From a virus (Duplodnaviria; Caudoviricetes): DNA of 31,554 nt. Location of the stretch: positions 1 to 31,554 of IMG/VR virus record IMGVR_UViG_3300025378_000011. The stretch is one strand, 5' to 3'. The position numbers and the translations under genes were made by a program. Under the pieces are notes generated by a model. It was not told the origin of the DNA, did no database searches, and was given only the letters and a program-made list of their open reading frames with translations. Shown piece after piece: positions 1 through 9,625 of the stretch (its first letter is position 1; each line of letters opens with the position of its first letter).

Positions 1-2
1 CT

Positions 3-443
3 GATTTGGGCCCTTCTTTGGCAGATTACGAGAATGTTTTGAAGAGCGCTCAGGCTACAGGCAATCGGGTTGCCCAAAATACTGCTACAACTGTTTGGAA
101 AAATGTTGTTGCCCAGTATGGTGAAAGTAACCCCATTTGGTATGCTGACTATTTGAATCCAACTCGGACAGAATATGCCAAAAAAGCATTGACAGATTTG
201 CAGACGCTAAATGCAAAGAATCAACTTGGCAATTCCCCACAAGCCCCTGGAATACAGCAATTGTTGGCAAGTTATGCAGATTATCATGCTTTGCTACAGC
301 AAAACACCATTGACCATGGACTTCGGTTTACACCAGAGTATTCACGGATTAAAAATGCTTGGTTTGATTATGTAACAAACCTTGCTGTAACAAATCCAGA
401 ACTTGCAAATGTTATTAACGGCGTATTTAAGAAGGTGACCTAA
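3..443 (+). CDS. C-terminal part of a large virion-associated (probable internal/ejection) protein, truncated by the window edge
   Basis: Open frame from the window start; TAATG overlap with the next gene; helical Ala/Gln/Asn-rich composition; position in the structural block. Confidence 0.5.
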   Translation, partial: DLGPSLADYENVLKSAQATGNRVAQNTATTVWKNVVAQYGESNPIWYADYLNPTRTEYAKKALTDLQTLNAKNQLGNSPQAPGIQQLLASYADYHALLQQNTIDHGLRFTPEYSRIKNAWFDYVTNLAVTNPELANVINGVFKKVT

Positions 444-976
444 TGAGTGGTAGTACACCAACGGTACAAGTAAGCAATACGCCCATTAACCCAAATGCAA
501 ATACTGCAAGTGGCACATCTGCCTTTGGGCAGGGGTATGCCGCCGCAAATGGACAAACTAGTTCAATTGGTGCAAATGGACTTCCCGTAAGCCTTAACTA
601 CCAACCAAAAACTGTAAATACCACTTACGAGACGCAAACATCCCCACAAGATGTTGCATCTATCGTTAATTCTGCTATGCAACAATTGGTTGGTCGTTTG
701 GCTACGCCAGAAGAAATTGCCACCTATGGTCAAGAACTTCTTGCGGCTGAAAAGGCAAACCCTGGTTTGCAACACAGCCAATTGAATTACGACCAGAATA
801 CAGCAAAACCATTTACGCAAACTGGTTCTATGCTTACCCAGGGTGTAGACCCAACATCATTTATTCAAAACATTATTCGCGGTACAGGCGAAGCACGGCA
901 ATACAACATTGCTGGCACATACATGAACGCTCTGCAAAACATGGCAGACCAGTTTAAGGGGTCATTTAGTGGCTGA
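443..976 (+). CDS. Hypothetical virion protein (probable internal protein), 177 aa
   Basis: ORF coupled to both neighbours; Gln/Thr/Asn-rich; no recognisable catalytic motif. Confidence 0.5.
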   Translation: MSGSTPTVQVSNTPINPNANTASGTSAFGQGYAAANGQTSSIGANGLPVSLNYQPKTVNTTYETQTSPQDVASIVNSAMQQLVGRLATPEEIATYGQELLAAEKANPGLQHSQLNYDQNTAKPFTQTGSMLTQGVDPTSFIQNIIRGTGEARQYNIAGTYMNALQNMADQFKGSFSG

Positions 977-2732
977 TAAAAAGAATGTTAAGTCACAAAC
1001 ACTTTCCTACAATGACATTTATTTGCGCCTTGCTCGCGCCAAGGAACAACTGCAAAATTTCAATCCCAATGGTGACCCAAATGATTTGAATTTAATTTCT
1101 GCAAGCAATCCTAAAGTTAAAGATTTACAGGGACAAATTGCCCAATTACAAACACAACTTCAAGAGGCAACCCCAACAAGTCAATATACGGCTGAGCAGG
1201 CTGGTGCCGCATCTGCGGCGATTGTAAAGATTCGTGAACAACGCAATCAGTTGATTGCTCAGGGTGAAGATGCAAATAGTCCCGAAATCCAAAAGTTGGC
1301 AAATGAGTACAAGCAACAAAATGCTATCTATAATCAATGGCAAAATGACCAACAGGGTATTGACGAATTAAAGAAAAATGCCGATGTTTATGTTGCTCAA
1401 CAGAATACCGCGCTTAAAAATAAAAATGCAACAAATTTACAAAATAATTCGGATACTGCGCAGTTGGCCGCATTGCAAAAGCAACGCGATATCGGAGTAC
1501 TATTTGGTGAAGACACTTCAAAAATAGATGCCCAAATTGCATCTTTGAGTAAGGGTGTTGGAACCCCCGCAACTGGCGTTGCCGCTAATCAAAATACTGG
1601 CGGTACGGCACAGACACTCAATGGTCAAAGTTCTAGCGGCAAAAGTACTGGTGGTAAAACTCCAGACCAAGTAACCCACGCGGGACAATTAGGCACTCCG
1701 TCTAATGCGCCAATGGGCGAAAACTCTGGCTGGGATGCCGCTACAACTAATGCTGAGCAGAAGTCATTTATCCAAAAATATGGCGGAATTGCAGCCTGGG
1801 CTGCTGCCACACCATGGATGGAAAACTACCTTAACCAAGCCATCAAAGGTGGCTGGACTGCTGACAAGTTTACTCAGGCTATACATGCGGACCCAAATTG
1901 GCAAAAAGTTGGACAGTCTACACGCGATTACGACACTGCTTTTTATGGTAATGCGCAGGCTTGGGCACAGCAATACAACGATAAGTTAAAGTTGCTTCAA
2001 GAGTCTGCCCTACGTCAAGGTTATGACCCATCTATCTTTGGTCAATCACTTGGGGATAATCCAACCCCAGACCAGATTAAAGCCGCCGCCGCTGGCAACA
2101 GCGGAACCAATACGTTCTTACAGGCTTATTTTAGCAATACGCCAGACCAGACAACACTTGACCGTTTTGTGGCTTCTCACGCTTCTATCTCCACCCAGGC
2201 TGACAAGTTTACTCCAGAAGGTAAGTTGGCTACAACTGCCGCTGGCCTCAAGCAATACGCACAACAATACGGTATTAACCCAAATACGCTTCCATCCCAA
2301 TGGACTGGAGCCGCTGGACAAGGCAAGGCTACTGGTGACTGGTTTACCAGCACGGCTGATGCTATCTCTCAAGGCTATACAACCCTTGATAGCGAGCAAG
2401 CCGCTATGCGTACCAAGGCCGCTCAACTCTACAAGCCATTTGCCGCTCAGATAGCCAATGGCGAAAGCGTGCAGTCTTTGGCTGGTTCATACCTTGGAAC
2501 AGCATCCAACCTGCTTGAAAAGCCAGCAGACAACTTCACTCTTGGTGATTTCACTGGAACCAATGGATTGATTACTAAAGCCTTACAGGGTGATGGGACA
2601 AACCCACTTCCACTTGACCAGTTTATGAGTCAAATCAAGGCTACTCCAGAATGGCTTACTACTGGCAACGCTCGTAACAGTTTGATGGATACGGCCAGTT
2701 CTATTCTTCAAGGATTTGGATTGGTGCACTAA
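969..2732 (+). CDS. Probable internal virion/ejection protein, 587 aa
   Basis: Long ORF with coiled-coil-like N-terminus, Gly/Thr linker and helical C-terminal domain; no Cys; function inferred from position only. Confidence 0.5.
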   Translation: MADKKNVKSQTLSYNDIYLRLARAKEQLQNFNPNGDPNDLNLISASNPKVKDLQGQIAQLQTQLQEATPTSQYTAEQAGAASAAIVKIREQRNQLIAQGEDANSPEIQKLANEYKQQNAIYNQWQNDQQGIDELKKNADVYVAQQNTALKNKNATNLQNNSDTAQLAALQKQRDIGVLFGEDTSKIDAQIASLSKGVGTPATGVAANQNTGGTAQTLNGQSSSGKSTGGKTPDQVTHAGQLGTPSNAPMGENSGWDAATTNAEQKSFIQKYGGIAAWAAATPWMENYLNQAIKGGWTADKFTQAIHADPNWQKVGQSTRDYDTAFYGNAQAWAQQYNDKLKLLQESALRQGYDPSIFGQSLGDNPTPDQIKAAAAGNSGTNTFLQAYFSNTPDQTTLDRFVASHASISTQADKFTPEGKLATTAAGLKQYAQQYGINPNTLPSQWTGAAGQGKATGDWFTSTADAISQGYTTLDSEQAAMRTKAAQLYKPFAAQIANGESVQSLAGSYLGTASNLLEKPADNFTLGDFTGTNGLITKALQGDGTNPLPLDQFMSQIKATPEWLTTGNARNSLMDTASSILQGFGLVH

Positions 2733-3856
2733 TGGCGACAACTGCACGAGTTAAAGACATGGACCCTGGTATTGACCCTAAAACGGTTGACACCGTTAAA
2801 CCACCCACTACTACCAAACCAGACCCAAGCCAAACCTGGACCGCCTCAGATGGAACCGTTTTTACAGACCAGCGTGCTTTTGCAACCTATTCATCGGCCT
2901 TACTGGCATCTGGTACGGCAAAAACTGCCGCAGCAAATGCAGCCGCTACTGATGCCGCTAATAACACAATAAGTAACCAGAACGCTTTTGCCTTATTAAA
3001 GTCAACGCTTTCTGGTTATGGTCTTGATACAGATGGTTCTATCAGCAATGGCATACTTAAACTTCAACAAAGCAATTACGATGCCGCTACCATTCAAGCA
3101 ATTATCCAAGACCCTGGCTCGATTAAGAATTCTGACCCAGCAATCTCTGGTCTTGCTACAGCATGGCAGACACGGTTCTCTGGCAACTACGGTCCCAATG
3201 GCCGTATAGCCAACGGATTAACGCCATTAAGTGCGGCTGATTACATTGCTACGGAAAATTCATATAACGACATTTTTCACGCGGCTGGTGTTCCAGCAGG
3301 GTTTTATTCAAGCCAAGAACAACTTGGAAACTTAATTGGTGGTGACATAGCCCCAACCGAACTTCAAGACCGTGTAAACACAGCGGCCAAGTCCATTGCC
3401 AACCAAGACCCATTTTACACCCAGACCCTTCAAAATTACTACGGGCTTACTCCTAGTGACATGATTGCTCACGCACTTGACCCAGAAACCGCTTTGCCAC
3501 TCTTGCAACGTCAAACAGCCGCCGCTACCTTCGGTGCTGCTGGTAACCGTCAGAACATTGCAACCGACCAGGCTACAGCCGAGCAGTATGCGGCTCTTGG
3601 GGTAACCCAATCTCAAGCCGAACAGGGATTTGGTCAAATTGGAACTGAACTTAACACAGACCAGAAGTTAGCGGCAATCTACAAAGACCCTAACAATGTA
3701 CAGTCTCAATTAGTTGCGGCTACATTTGGTGGTCAAGGCGGAGCACAGGCTCAAGTTGACCTTACTCACCTAAAAGCACAAGAAGTAAACCAGTTCTCTG
3801 GTTCTTCTGGAGTTGATAAAAACTCACTACGCGGTAGCGAAGTCACCGCATTTTAA
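2732..3856 (+). CDS. Probable internal virion protein, 374 aa
   Basis: TAATG coupling; Ala/Gln-rich helical protein immediately before scaffold and capsid genes. Confidence 0.5.
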   Translation: MATTARVKDMDPGIDPKTVDTVKPPTTTKPDPSQTWTASDGTVFTDQRAFATYSSALLASGTAKTAAANAAATDAANNTISNQNAFALLKSTLSGYGLDTDGSISNGILKLQQSNYDAATIQAIIQDPGSIKNSDPAISGLATAWQTRFSGNYGPNGRIANGLTPLSAADYIATENSYNDIFHAAGVPAGFYSSQEQLGNLIGGDIAPTELQDRVNTAAKSIANQDPFYTQTLQNYYGLTPSDMIAHALDPETALPLLQRQTAAATFGAAGNRQNIATDQATAEQYAALGVTQSQAEQGFGQIGTELNTDQKLAAIYKDPNNVQSQLVAATFGGQGGAQAQVDLTHLKAQEVNQFSGSSGVDKNSLRGSEVTAF

Positions 3857-3860
3857 TCTT

Positions 3861-3965
3861 GCCCGACCCGCCAGCGTCGGTGCTACGTAACATAAGACTG
3901 GAAGTAGGAGCAGTTGTTTATTCCCCGATTTACAACTAGGCCTGCGTTTAACCAATAAGGGAGAG
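3861..3965 (+). ncRNA. Candidate structured cis-regulatory RNA leader of the scaffold/capsid genes
   Basis: CCGAC(3863-67)/GTCGG(3876-80) stem whose loop CCAG(3871-74) matches CTGG(3898-3901); GTAGG(3904-08)/CCTGC(3941-45) enclosing AGTTGT(3912-17)/ACAACT(3932-37); loop TTCCC(3921-25) complementary to the SD GGGAG(3959-63). Confidence 0.45.
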
Positions 3966-3971
3966 CCAGAT

Positions 3972-4490
3972 ATGGCAACAAAGACAGTAACAGATGACGA
4001 AGGCAATGAGTACACCATTGAGGTACCTGATGCGCCAGCAAATACGAATGAGGGTCCAGCCCAACTTCGTAAGGCGTTAAAGGCCGAGAAGGACCGTGCC
4101 GATGCCGCGGCCGCAGAACTTGCCAAATACCAGGCAAAAGAGCGGACTCGTGAAATCGAAACTGCTTTAGCAACAAAGGGTGTCAAGCCACAAATCGCAA
4201 AGTTCATTCCTGCGGATGTGACGGCACCAGACCAGATTGACAAGTGGCTAACTGAAAATGCTGATGTATTCGGCTTCCAGACCACTTCGCCTAATGATGG
4301 TCAAATAGACCCAGAGAGACAAACAGCAGCAGATGCGGCAGCCCGTATTCACGCCGCTACTCAGACTGGTACCACAGGAAGCGACCAAGCAGCGCTTGCG
4401 GCCAAACTTAGTGACCCTAACTTGACCAAGGCTGAACTTGACGCATTAACTGGTCTTGGGTACCAAACTCCAGGTCGTCCAATCAGATAG
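3972..4490 (+). CDS. Capsid scaffolding protein
   Basis: 172 aa; acidic N-terminus and coiled coil (QLRKALKAEKDRADAAAAELAK); strong SD; directly upstream of the capsid gene. Confidence 0.75.
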   Translation: MATKTVTDDEGNEYTIEVPDAPANTNEGPAQLRKALKAEKDRADAAAAELAKYQAKERTREIETALATKGVKPQIAKFIPADVTAPDQIDKWLTENADVFGFQTTSPNDGQIDPERQTAADAAARIHAATQTGTTGSDQAALAAKLSDPNLTKAELDALTGLGYQTPGRPIR

Positions 4491-4522
4491 TCCATTCTAG
4501 CCCTCGAAAGGGATAAACGTAA

Positions 4523-5563
4523 ATGGCAAACGCCTATAACTCCGTAACGTCCTCGGTTGGTACATCCGTTGTACAAACAGCCTATGACCGTTACATCGAA
4601 ATGGCGCTCCGTGCTCAACCTATGGTCCGCGACCTTGCGGACAAGAAGCCAGTACAGCAAGCAATGCCTGGTTCATCCATTGTATTTAACATCTACAATG
4701 ACATGACCGCCGCAACGACTGCTCTTACTGAGACGGTTGACCCAGACGCAGTAGCACTCGGTTCTACAACCCCAATTACCGTTACACTCAATGAGTACGG
4801 TAACGCATCTCTTACAACCCGTAAGTTGGAACTCCTTGCCTTCTCAGACATTGACCCAGCACTGGTTGACATCCTCGCGTTCAACATGTTGGACTCCTTG
4901 GACACAGTTGCACTTCAAGAACTCACTGGTGGCCCTAATGCCATCGGCGAAGTTTCTGGTAGCCGCGTATCTACATATGAAGGTAACTTCACATCAGGTA
5001 CCGCTGGAACTGTGACTGTTACATCAACAGACACATTCCACTCACGTGACGTCCGCTTCGGTGTCGCCAAGTTGCGCGCCAACAACGTAGTTCCTCGCTC
5101 TGGCGAGTACTACTGGTGCGGAATCCACCCAGAGGTTTCACACGACCTTCGTGCTGAGACTGGTTCTGGCGGATGGCGTGATGACCACAAGTACGCGTCA
5201 GAAGGCGTAAGCCAATTCTGGCCAGGTACTATCGGCACCTACGAAGGTGCAATGTTCGTAGAGTCACCTCGTATGGCCAACTTCCGTGATGGCGTTGGTG
5301 GTACTGGTGCATCTGGAACATTTGGTACACCAACCTATGTCAACGCTACTGGTGGTGTTCGCGTATTCCGTACGCTGCTCGCTGGTAAGCAAGCATTGGC
5401 AGAAGCGGTTGGAGAAGAGCCACACATGGTTCTTGGACCAATCGTTGACAAGTTGGGTCGTTTCCGTCCAATCGGATGGTACGGTCTGCTTGGATGGAAG
5501 CGTTACCGCGACCCATCATTGGTCCGTATCGAAACTACCTCTTCAATCCACACTGGAGCCTAG
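4523..5563 (+). CDS. Major capsid protein (HK97 fold, N4-gp56-like family)
   Basis: 346 aa; motifs VTLNEYGN, IHPEVSHDLR, GTIGTYEG, VDKLGRFRPIGWYG; strongly biased codon usage; follows scaffold. Confidence 0.9.
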   Translation: MANAYNSVTSSVGTSVVQTAYDRYIEMALRAQPMVRDLADKKPVQQAMPGSSIVFNIYNDMTAATTALTETVDPDAVALGSTTPITVTLNEYGNASLTTRKLELLAFSDIDPALVDILAFNMLDSLDTVALQELTGGPNAIGEVSGSRVSTYEGNFTSGTAGTVTVTSTDTFHSRDVRFGVAKLRANNVVPRSGEYYWCGIHPEVSHDLRAETGSGGWRDDHKYASEGVSQFWPGTIGTYEGAMFVESPRMANFRDGVGGTGASGTFGTPTYVNATGGVRVFRTLLAGKQALAEAVGEEPHMVLGPIVDKLGRFRPIGWYGLLGWKRYRDPSLVRIETTSSIHTGA

Positions 5564-5580
5564 TAGTTAGATAAAAATTG

Positions 5581-5606
5581 GTGGCCCCCTCTTCGGAGGG
5601 GGTTAC
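5581..5606 (+). terminator. GC-rich hairpin with C(UUCG)G tetraloop after the capsid gene (attenuator or mRNA-stabilising hairpin)
   Basis: GTGGCCCCCTC-TTCG-GAGGGGGTTAC; lacks a long U-tract, so read-through is likely. Confidence 0.65.
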
Positions 5607-5625
5607 CTCTCAACAAGAAGGAAAT

Positions 5626-5901
5626 ATGGCGACATACACATTTACAATGCCTAGCACCCGCGAGGGTCCAGCAGGTTTTGACTCATTGTTTTATCGCTAT
5701 AAGTTAGACCGTGCAGATTCACTCATTGTTACCGCGGCTGGAGTCCCCACCCAAAAGCGCACATTTGAAGTGTCAGAAATTACCAACGCACAAGCCGCTG
5801 GTGGTTACGCATACATAGGTGGGCATGTTTACTCGATAACAGCCAACGAAGTGTCCCTGCTGACTACAGCGGGCTATGGCGCCTACATCACAGTTTCTTA
5901 G
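5626..5901 (+). CDS. Small hypothetical virion protein
   Basis: Start moved to ATG 5626 after SD AAGGA, because the longer ORF call runs through the hairpin; motif YIGGHVY...AGYGAYI. Confidence 0.65.
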   Translation: MATYTFTMPSTREGPAGFDSLFYRYKLDRADSLIVTAAGVPTQKRTFEVSEITNAQAAGGYAYIGGHVYSITANEVSLLTTAGYGAYITVS

Positions 5902-5908
5902 GGGATTT

Positions 5909-6358
5909 ATGGACTGCAATCACATACCAAAGGTTGTCACATGGGGTATAGACAGAAAGCGTAATTGCAAGTCTATAGTTACCCTTTATGGTTGCACCAA
6001 ATGTGACATTACTTGGAAGAAATTGCCCAAGTTTGAAGATAAAGAACCAGAGCATTTTCACACTGAATACGTGGAAGGTTGCTTTGCTTGTAAAGTCAAG
6101 ACATTAGAATTGAACCCTGGAGATGCCTCAAGAGTTAACTCAATGCCTCAGAAAAAGTGGGACAAAGAGTTGGCCGACTACAGGTCTGCTCGCAAACAAG
6201 GTATACAACCAGCGGGTACAACCCGCAAACATATTGACGAGGCAATAGCCGCAAGTGATAGGTCTGGCATGGCTTTTAATGCAGACACTATGGGTAGCGC
6301 CAAGACAATGACTGCTGAAAAAGCAGAAGTAATGAAATTCCTAGATAACGTCAAATAA
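5909..6358 (+). CDS. Hypothetical protein with CxH, CxxC and H..GCFACK putative Zn-binding motifs
   Basis: ATG 5909 after AGGGGA; motifs CNH, CTKC, HTEYVEGCFACK, RKQGIQPAGT. Confidence 0.65.
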   Translation: MDCNHIPKVVTWGIDRKRNCKSIVTLYGCTKCDITWKKLPKFEDKEPEHFHTEYVEGCFACKVKTLELNPGDASRVNSMPQKKWDKELADYRSARKQGIQPAGTTRKHIDEAIAASDRSGMAFNADTMGSAKTMTAEKAEVMKFLDNVK

Positions 6359-6368
6359 GGAGCAAACA

Positions 6369-6509
6369 ATGTGCGCTAGTTGCGGATGCGGTAAGAACGT
6401 CACAACCCCACAGGGGTTGGAGCAAGCCAATTGGACTGGCCGTCCAGAGGATAAGTACGGCAAGTATGATGGTGTAGGTGGAACAAACAACCCAGGTAAT
6501 AGCAAGTAA
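6369..6509 (+). CDS. 46-aa peptide starting MCASCGCG (not in ORF track)
   Basis: SD TAAGGAG 6 nt upstream; fills the intergenic gap; translation MCASCGCGKNVTTPQGLEQANWTGRPEDKYGKYDGVGGTNNPGNSK. Confidence 0.7.
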   Translation: MCASCGCGKNVTTPQGLEQANWTGRPEDKYGKYDGVGGTNNPGNSK

Positions 6510-6523
6510 TTTAAGGAGCAAAA

Positions 6524-6808
6524 ATGGCCGCAGGAGACGGACTCACAACAGTCTATCATCTTAATCGTCTTGCTGGCACTTTGCTCAATGGAGTGCCACA
6601 GTTAGACTTCAACGGTGCCGCCACAACATGGGGCAAAAACGTAACTGGAGTTCAAGTGTCTCGTGGCATTGACGCTCTAAACGCCATCTACGCATTTCGC
6701 AATGGTGGCAAAAACCTCTATCTTGATGTCCCTGGGGTTTTGAACATGATTTATAACAACACTATGGGACTTGGTGAAGACGAAGCCGCTCGGAGGATTG
6801 TCTCGTAA
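6524..6808 (+). CDS. Hypothetical virion protein, 94 aa
   Basis: SD TAAGGAG; TAATG coupled to the next gene. Confidence 0.65.
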   Translation: MAAGDGLTTVYHLNRLAGTLLNGVPQLDFNGAATTWGKNVTGVQVSRGIDALNAIYAFRNGGKNLYLDVPGVLNMIYNNTMGLGEDEAARRIVS

Positions 6809-7710
6809 TGACATCAACATTTTTAGACCTAATCAACGAAACGGCAATTACCCTTTCGGGCTATACAGCCACCCAAGACCAGGCCACATCACTTACCAAC
6901 AGCATGGCCGCAGGTGACCTTACATTTGTCACCAACGGAAGCATCCAGGTATCACGAGGTTTGGTTGAAATAGATGATGAACTTATCTGGGTAGATAGTT
7001 GGTCACCTTTAACCAATACGGCCGTAGTTCCCGCCTATGGTCGCGGCATGCGCGGGACTACAGCCGCCTCGCACAGCGCTGGTGCTCGCATCACCCTTGC
7101 TCCCACCTTCCCACGCTTTGAAATTGAACGTAATCTTAATGCCGCCATTGACGCTGTATACCCAGACCTTTATGGCATCGGAACAACAACCTTTTCTTTC
7201 TCCCCAGCGGTAAATACCTATTCCATCCCAGCAGATGTAATTAACGTCATCTCGGTAGCATGGCAGACAGTTGGTCCAACCAAAGAGTGGATTCCTATAA
7301 AGGACTACAGACTTGATTTGACAGCCGACCCTACCACTTGGACCACTGGCAAGACAATAACCCTTTACAGCCCAATTGTGGCTGGAAGAACGGTATCTAT
7401 CAGGTACACCAACAAGCCACCAACTTTGGTAAATTTGACGGATATCTTTGAGACAACCACGGGCCTGCCAACCTCATGTCGTGAGGTTGTTATCCTTGGG
7501 GCAGCCTATCGTGTGGCAGCCTTTCTAGACCTTGGCCGTATTTCGGCAGTAGCGGCAGAGGCAGCCGCGGTAGGTGGTCAAGGAGCCAACCCAGTCGGTA
7601 CTGGAGCCAACCTTTCGAGGATACTAAAGCAGATGTACCAAGACAGGCTTTTGACGGAAGTTAGACGTCAACAACAGCAATTTCCTCCACGTATTCACAG
7701 GACAAGATAG
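6808..7710 (+). CDS. Probable tail adaptor / tail tubular protein A-like
   Basis: Pattern TFLDLINET...LNAAI...YSIPAD...ILGAAYR resembles podovirus adaptors; contains an EIDDELI...RGMRGTTAASH beta insertion. Confidence 0.6.
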   Translation: MTSTFLDLINETAITLSGYTATQDQATSLTNSMAAGDLTFVTNGSIQVSRGLVEIDDELIWVDSWSPLTNTAVVPAYGRGMRGTTAASHSAGARITLAPTFPRFEIERNLNAAIDAVYPDLYGIGTTTFSFSPAVNTYSIPADVINVISVAWQTVGPTKEWIPIKDYRLDLTADPTTWTTGKTITLYSPIVAGRTVSIRYTNKPPTLVNLTDIFETTTGLPTSCREVVILGAAYRVAAFLDLGRISAVAAEAAAVGGQGANPVGTGANLSRILKQMYQDRLLTEVRRQQQQFPPRIHRTR

Positions 7711-7718
7711 GAAAATAA

Positions 7719-8408
7719 ATGACACTTCGCTATTACTCCAGCGTGGCGCAGGATACAACCCTGCAAGCACAGGTTCTTACTGGTGCTACAAGCATGTCGG
7801 TTGGCGCCACAATTGGCTGGCCCACATCCTATCCTTTTACCTTGGCTTTAGACTATGGAACATCTGCCGAAGAGTTGGTTGATGTTACAGGGGTTGCTGG
7901 TCTTGTAGCCACAATTTCACGTGGAGTAGATAGTACAACTGCCATCACCCACAATGCTGGAGCGACAGTTCGTCATGTGCTCATTGCTCGTGACATGCGC
8001 GAAGCCAATGCACACGTAAATGCTTCTACAGCAGTTCATGGAATTACTGGCTTGGTTGTGGGTAATACTGATACTCAGACCCTTACCAATAAAACTATCA
8101 CTGGTGCAGGTAACAACATCATTCCATGGACAAACACCGCAATAGCAGGAAATACTACACTTGTTGCCCGTAACCAATATTTTCTAACCACATCTTCTCC
8201 TTGGACGCTTACACTTCCAGCAACACCCGCACAGGGAGATGAAATAAGAATACTTGATATTTCTGGTCAGGCGCAAACAAATAACGTAACCGTTAATCCC
8301 AATGGTCTTAATTTCCAAGGTTCTGTCCAAAACCTCATACTTGCTTACAACTATTTTTCAATTACATTGCTCTATACGGGAACCACTTATGGATGGAAGG
8401 TCGCATAA
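7719..8408 (+). CDS. Tail fibre-like protein
   Basis: ISRGVDSTTAITHNAGA anchor, TQTLTNKTI fibre motif, C-terminal LTLPATPAQGDEIRILD fibre domain. Confidence 0.7.
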   Translation: MTLRYYSSVAQDTTLQAQVLTGATSMSVGATIGWPTSYPFTLALDYGTSAEELVDVTGVAGLVATISRGVDSTTAITHNAGATVRHVLIARDMREANAHVNASTAVHGITGLVVGNTDTQTLTNKTITGAGNNIIPWTNTAIAGNTTLVARNQYFLTTSSPWTLTLPATPAQGDEIRILDISGQAQTNNVTVNPNGLNFQGSVQNLILAYNYFSITLLYTGTTYGWKVA

Positions 8409-9617
8409 ATGACAGTTACACTCACTTCTGCTGGAGGTTCTGGAGCACCTGCTCCAGCCCAATCCATTTTTCTCAATGCCACTCAGACCTCTGCATCGGC
8501 GACTGTCACGGTCGCAATTCCTGCTAATACTTACTCGGTAGTTGCTGACTATCCAATGCTAATCACTATCAACTCGGTTTCTTACCTAATCCCAGGAAAC
8601 TCTAACCCAACGGTCATAACCGTGGCGGCATCTGCAACTTCCATGACGATTAAGAATATGTCACTAGGTTGCACTTGGGCGAATGGAACAATCCCACAAG
8701 CCGCAGCGGCTATCGCGTGGAACGGCACCGTTTTCTGCGCCGTTGTCAGCGGAACATTAATCGCTTACACAAGCCCTGATGGTTTGACTTGGACTCAGCG
8801 CGCACTTCCATCTTCGGCCAGTTGGGGGGCTATCGTTTGGAACGGAACAGTATTTCTCGCAATCCAAACGGGAATTTCTGGAACTGTTGCTGCGACAAGT
8901 CCTGACGGCATTACTTGGACAGCCCGAACTCTTCCAACATCGCAAGTATGGAACGCAATCGCGTGGAACGGAACAGTATTCGCCGCAGTTGGTGGGGCAT
9001 CTTCTACGGTTTCCGCAACTTCTCCTGATGGAGCAACTTGGACAAATCGCACTATTACATCAGGAACTTGGGCATATATTGTTTGGAATGGAACTGCATT
9101 TCTTGCCACTCCTGCTTCTGGAACTGCTGCCGCGACAAGTCCTGACGGCATTACATGGACCGCTAGAACTTTGGCTTATTCGTTGACAGGGGCACCAACT
9201 TTGGCGGCAAGCAGTTCTCTTTTTGTCGTGATGTCGAATGCAACATCCACATACCAAACTTCTCCTGACGGCATCACTTGGACTCAGCGTTCACTTGGAA
9301 CATCAAATGGAGCGCCTGGTGGAATTACTGCAATACAATTAGTCTATTACAATGCAACATTAGGAATATTTTTCGCAGTTGGAACTGCTCAACCAATAAC
9401 AAATCTGAACCAAAACTTTCTTATTTTTTCGACAGATGGAATTAACTGGAAAATTGGTGCAATTTGGAATAATTACTACACCTATCCTCAAGTCATAACT
9501 CCTAACAACTCAGTTGCTTTCAACGGTTCTAACTTAATGGTAGATACGTATGGTCACACATCAACACTTCTTTCCAATCCATTCGGTATTTACTCACAGC
9601 CAACTACAACCTACTAA
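8409..9617 (+). CDS. Beta-propeller protein with Asp-box/BNR-like repeats, probable receptor-binding or tail accessory protein
   Basis: About six 40-aa repeats AIxWNGTVF...TSPDG[IL]TWT. Confidence 0.75.
   Translation: MTVTLTSAGGSGAPAPAQSIFLNATQTSASATVTVAIPANTYSVVADYPMLITINSVSYLIPGNSNPTVITVAASATSMTIKNMSLGCTWANGTIPQAAAAIAWNGTVFCAVVSGTLIAYTSPDGLTWTQRALPSSASWGAIVWNGTVFLAIQTGISGTVAATSPDGITWTARTLPTSQVWNAIAWNGTVFAAVGGASSTVSATSPDGATWTNRTITSGTWAYIVWNGTAFLATPASGTAAATSPDGITWTARTLAYSLTGAPTLAASSSLFVVMSNATSTYQTSPDGITWTQRSLGTSNGAPGGITAIQLVYYNATLGIFFAVGTAQPITNLNQNFLIFSTDGINWKIGAIWNNYYTYPQVITPNNSVAFNGSNLMVDTYGHTSTLLSNPFGIYSQPTTTY
8876..9160 (+). repeat. 45-bp direct repeat pair (8876-8920 and 9116-9160), 240 bp apart
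   Basis: TTCTGGAACTGyTGCyGCGACAAGTCCTGACGGCATTACwTGGAC, 3 mismatches in 45 bp; corresponds to propeller blades. Confidence 0.85.
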
Positions 9618-9625
9618 GGAATAAA

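Noticed and set aside
5578-5625. N-terminal extension of the ORF called at 5578
   Set aside because: Runs through the UUCG hairpin; a better SD and ATG are at 5626. Capsid read-through is also unlikely because the stop is TAG TAG.
8409-9617. Diversity-generating retroelement target or template pair in the propeller gene
   Set aside because: The repeat mismatches are T/C, T/C and T/A rather than adenine-specific, both copies are in-frame blades, and no reverse transcriptase is in the window.
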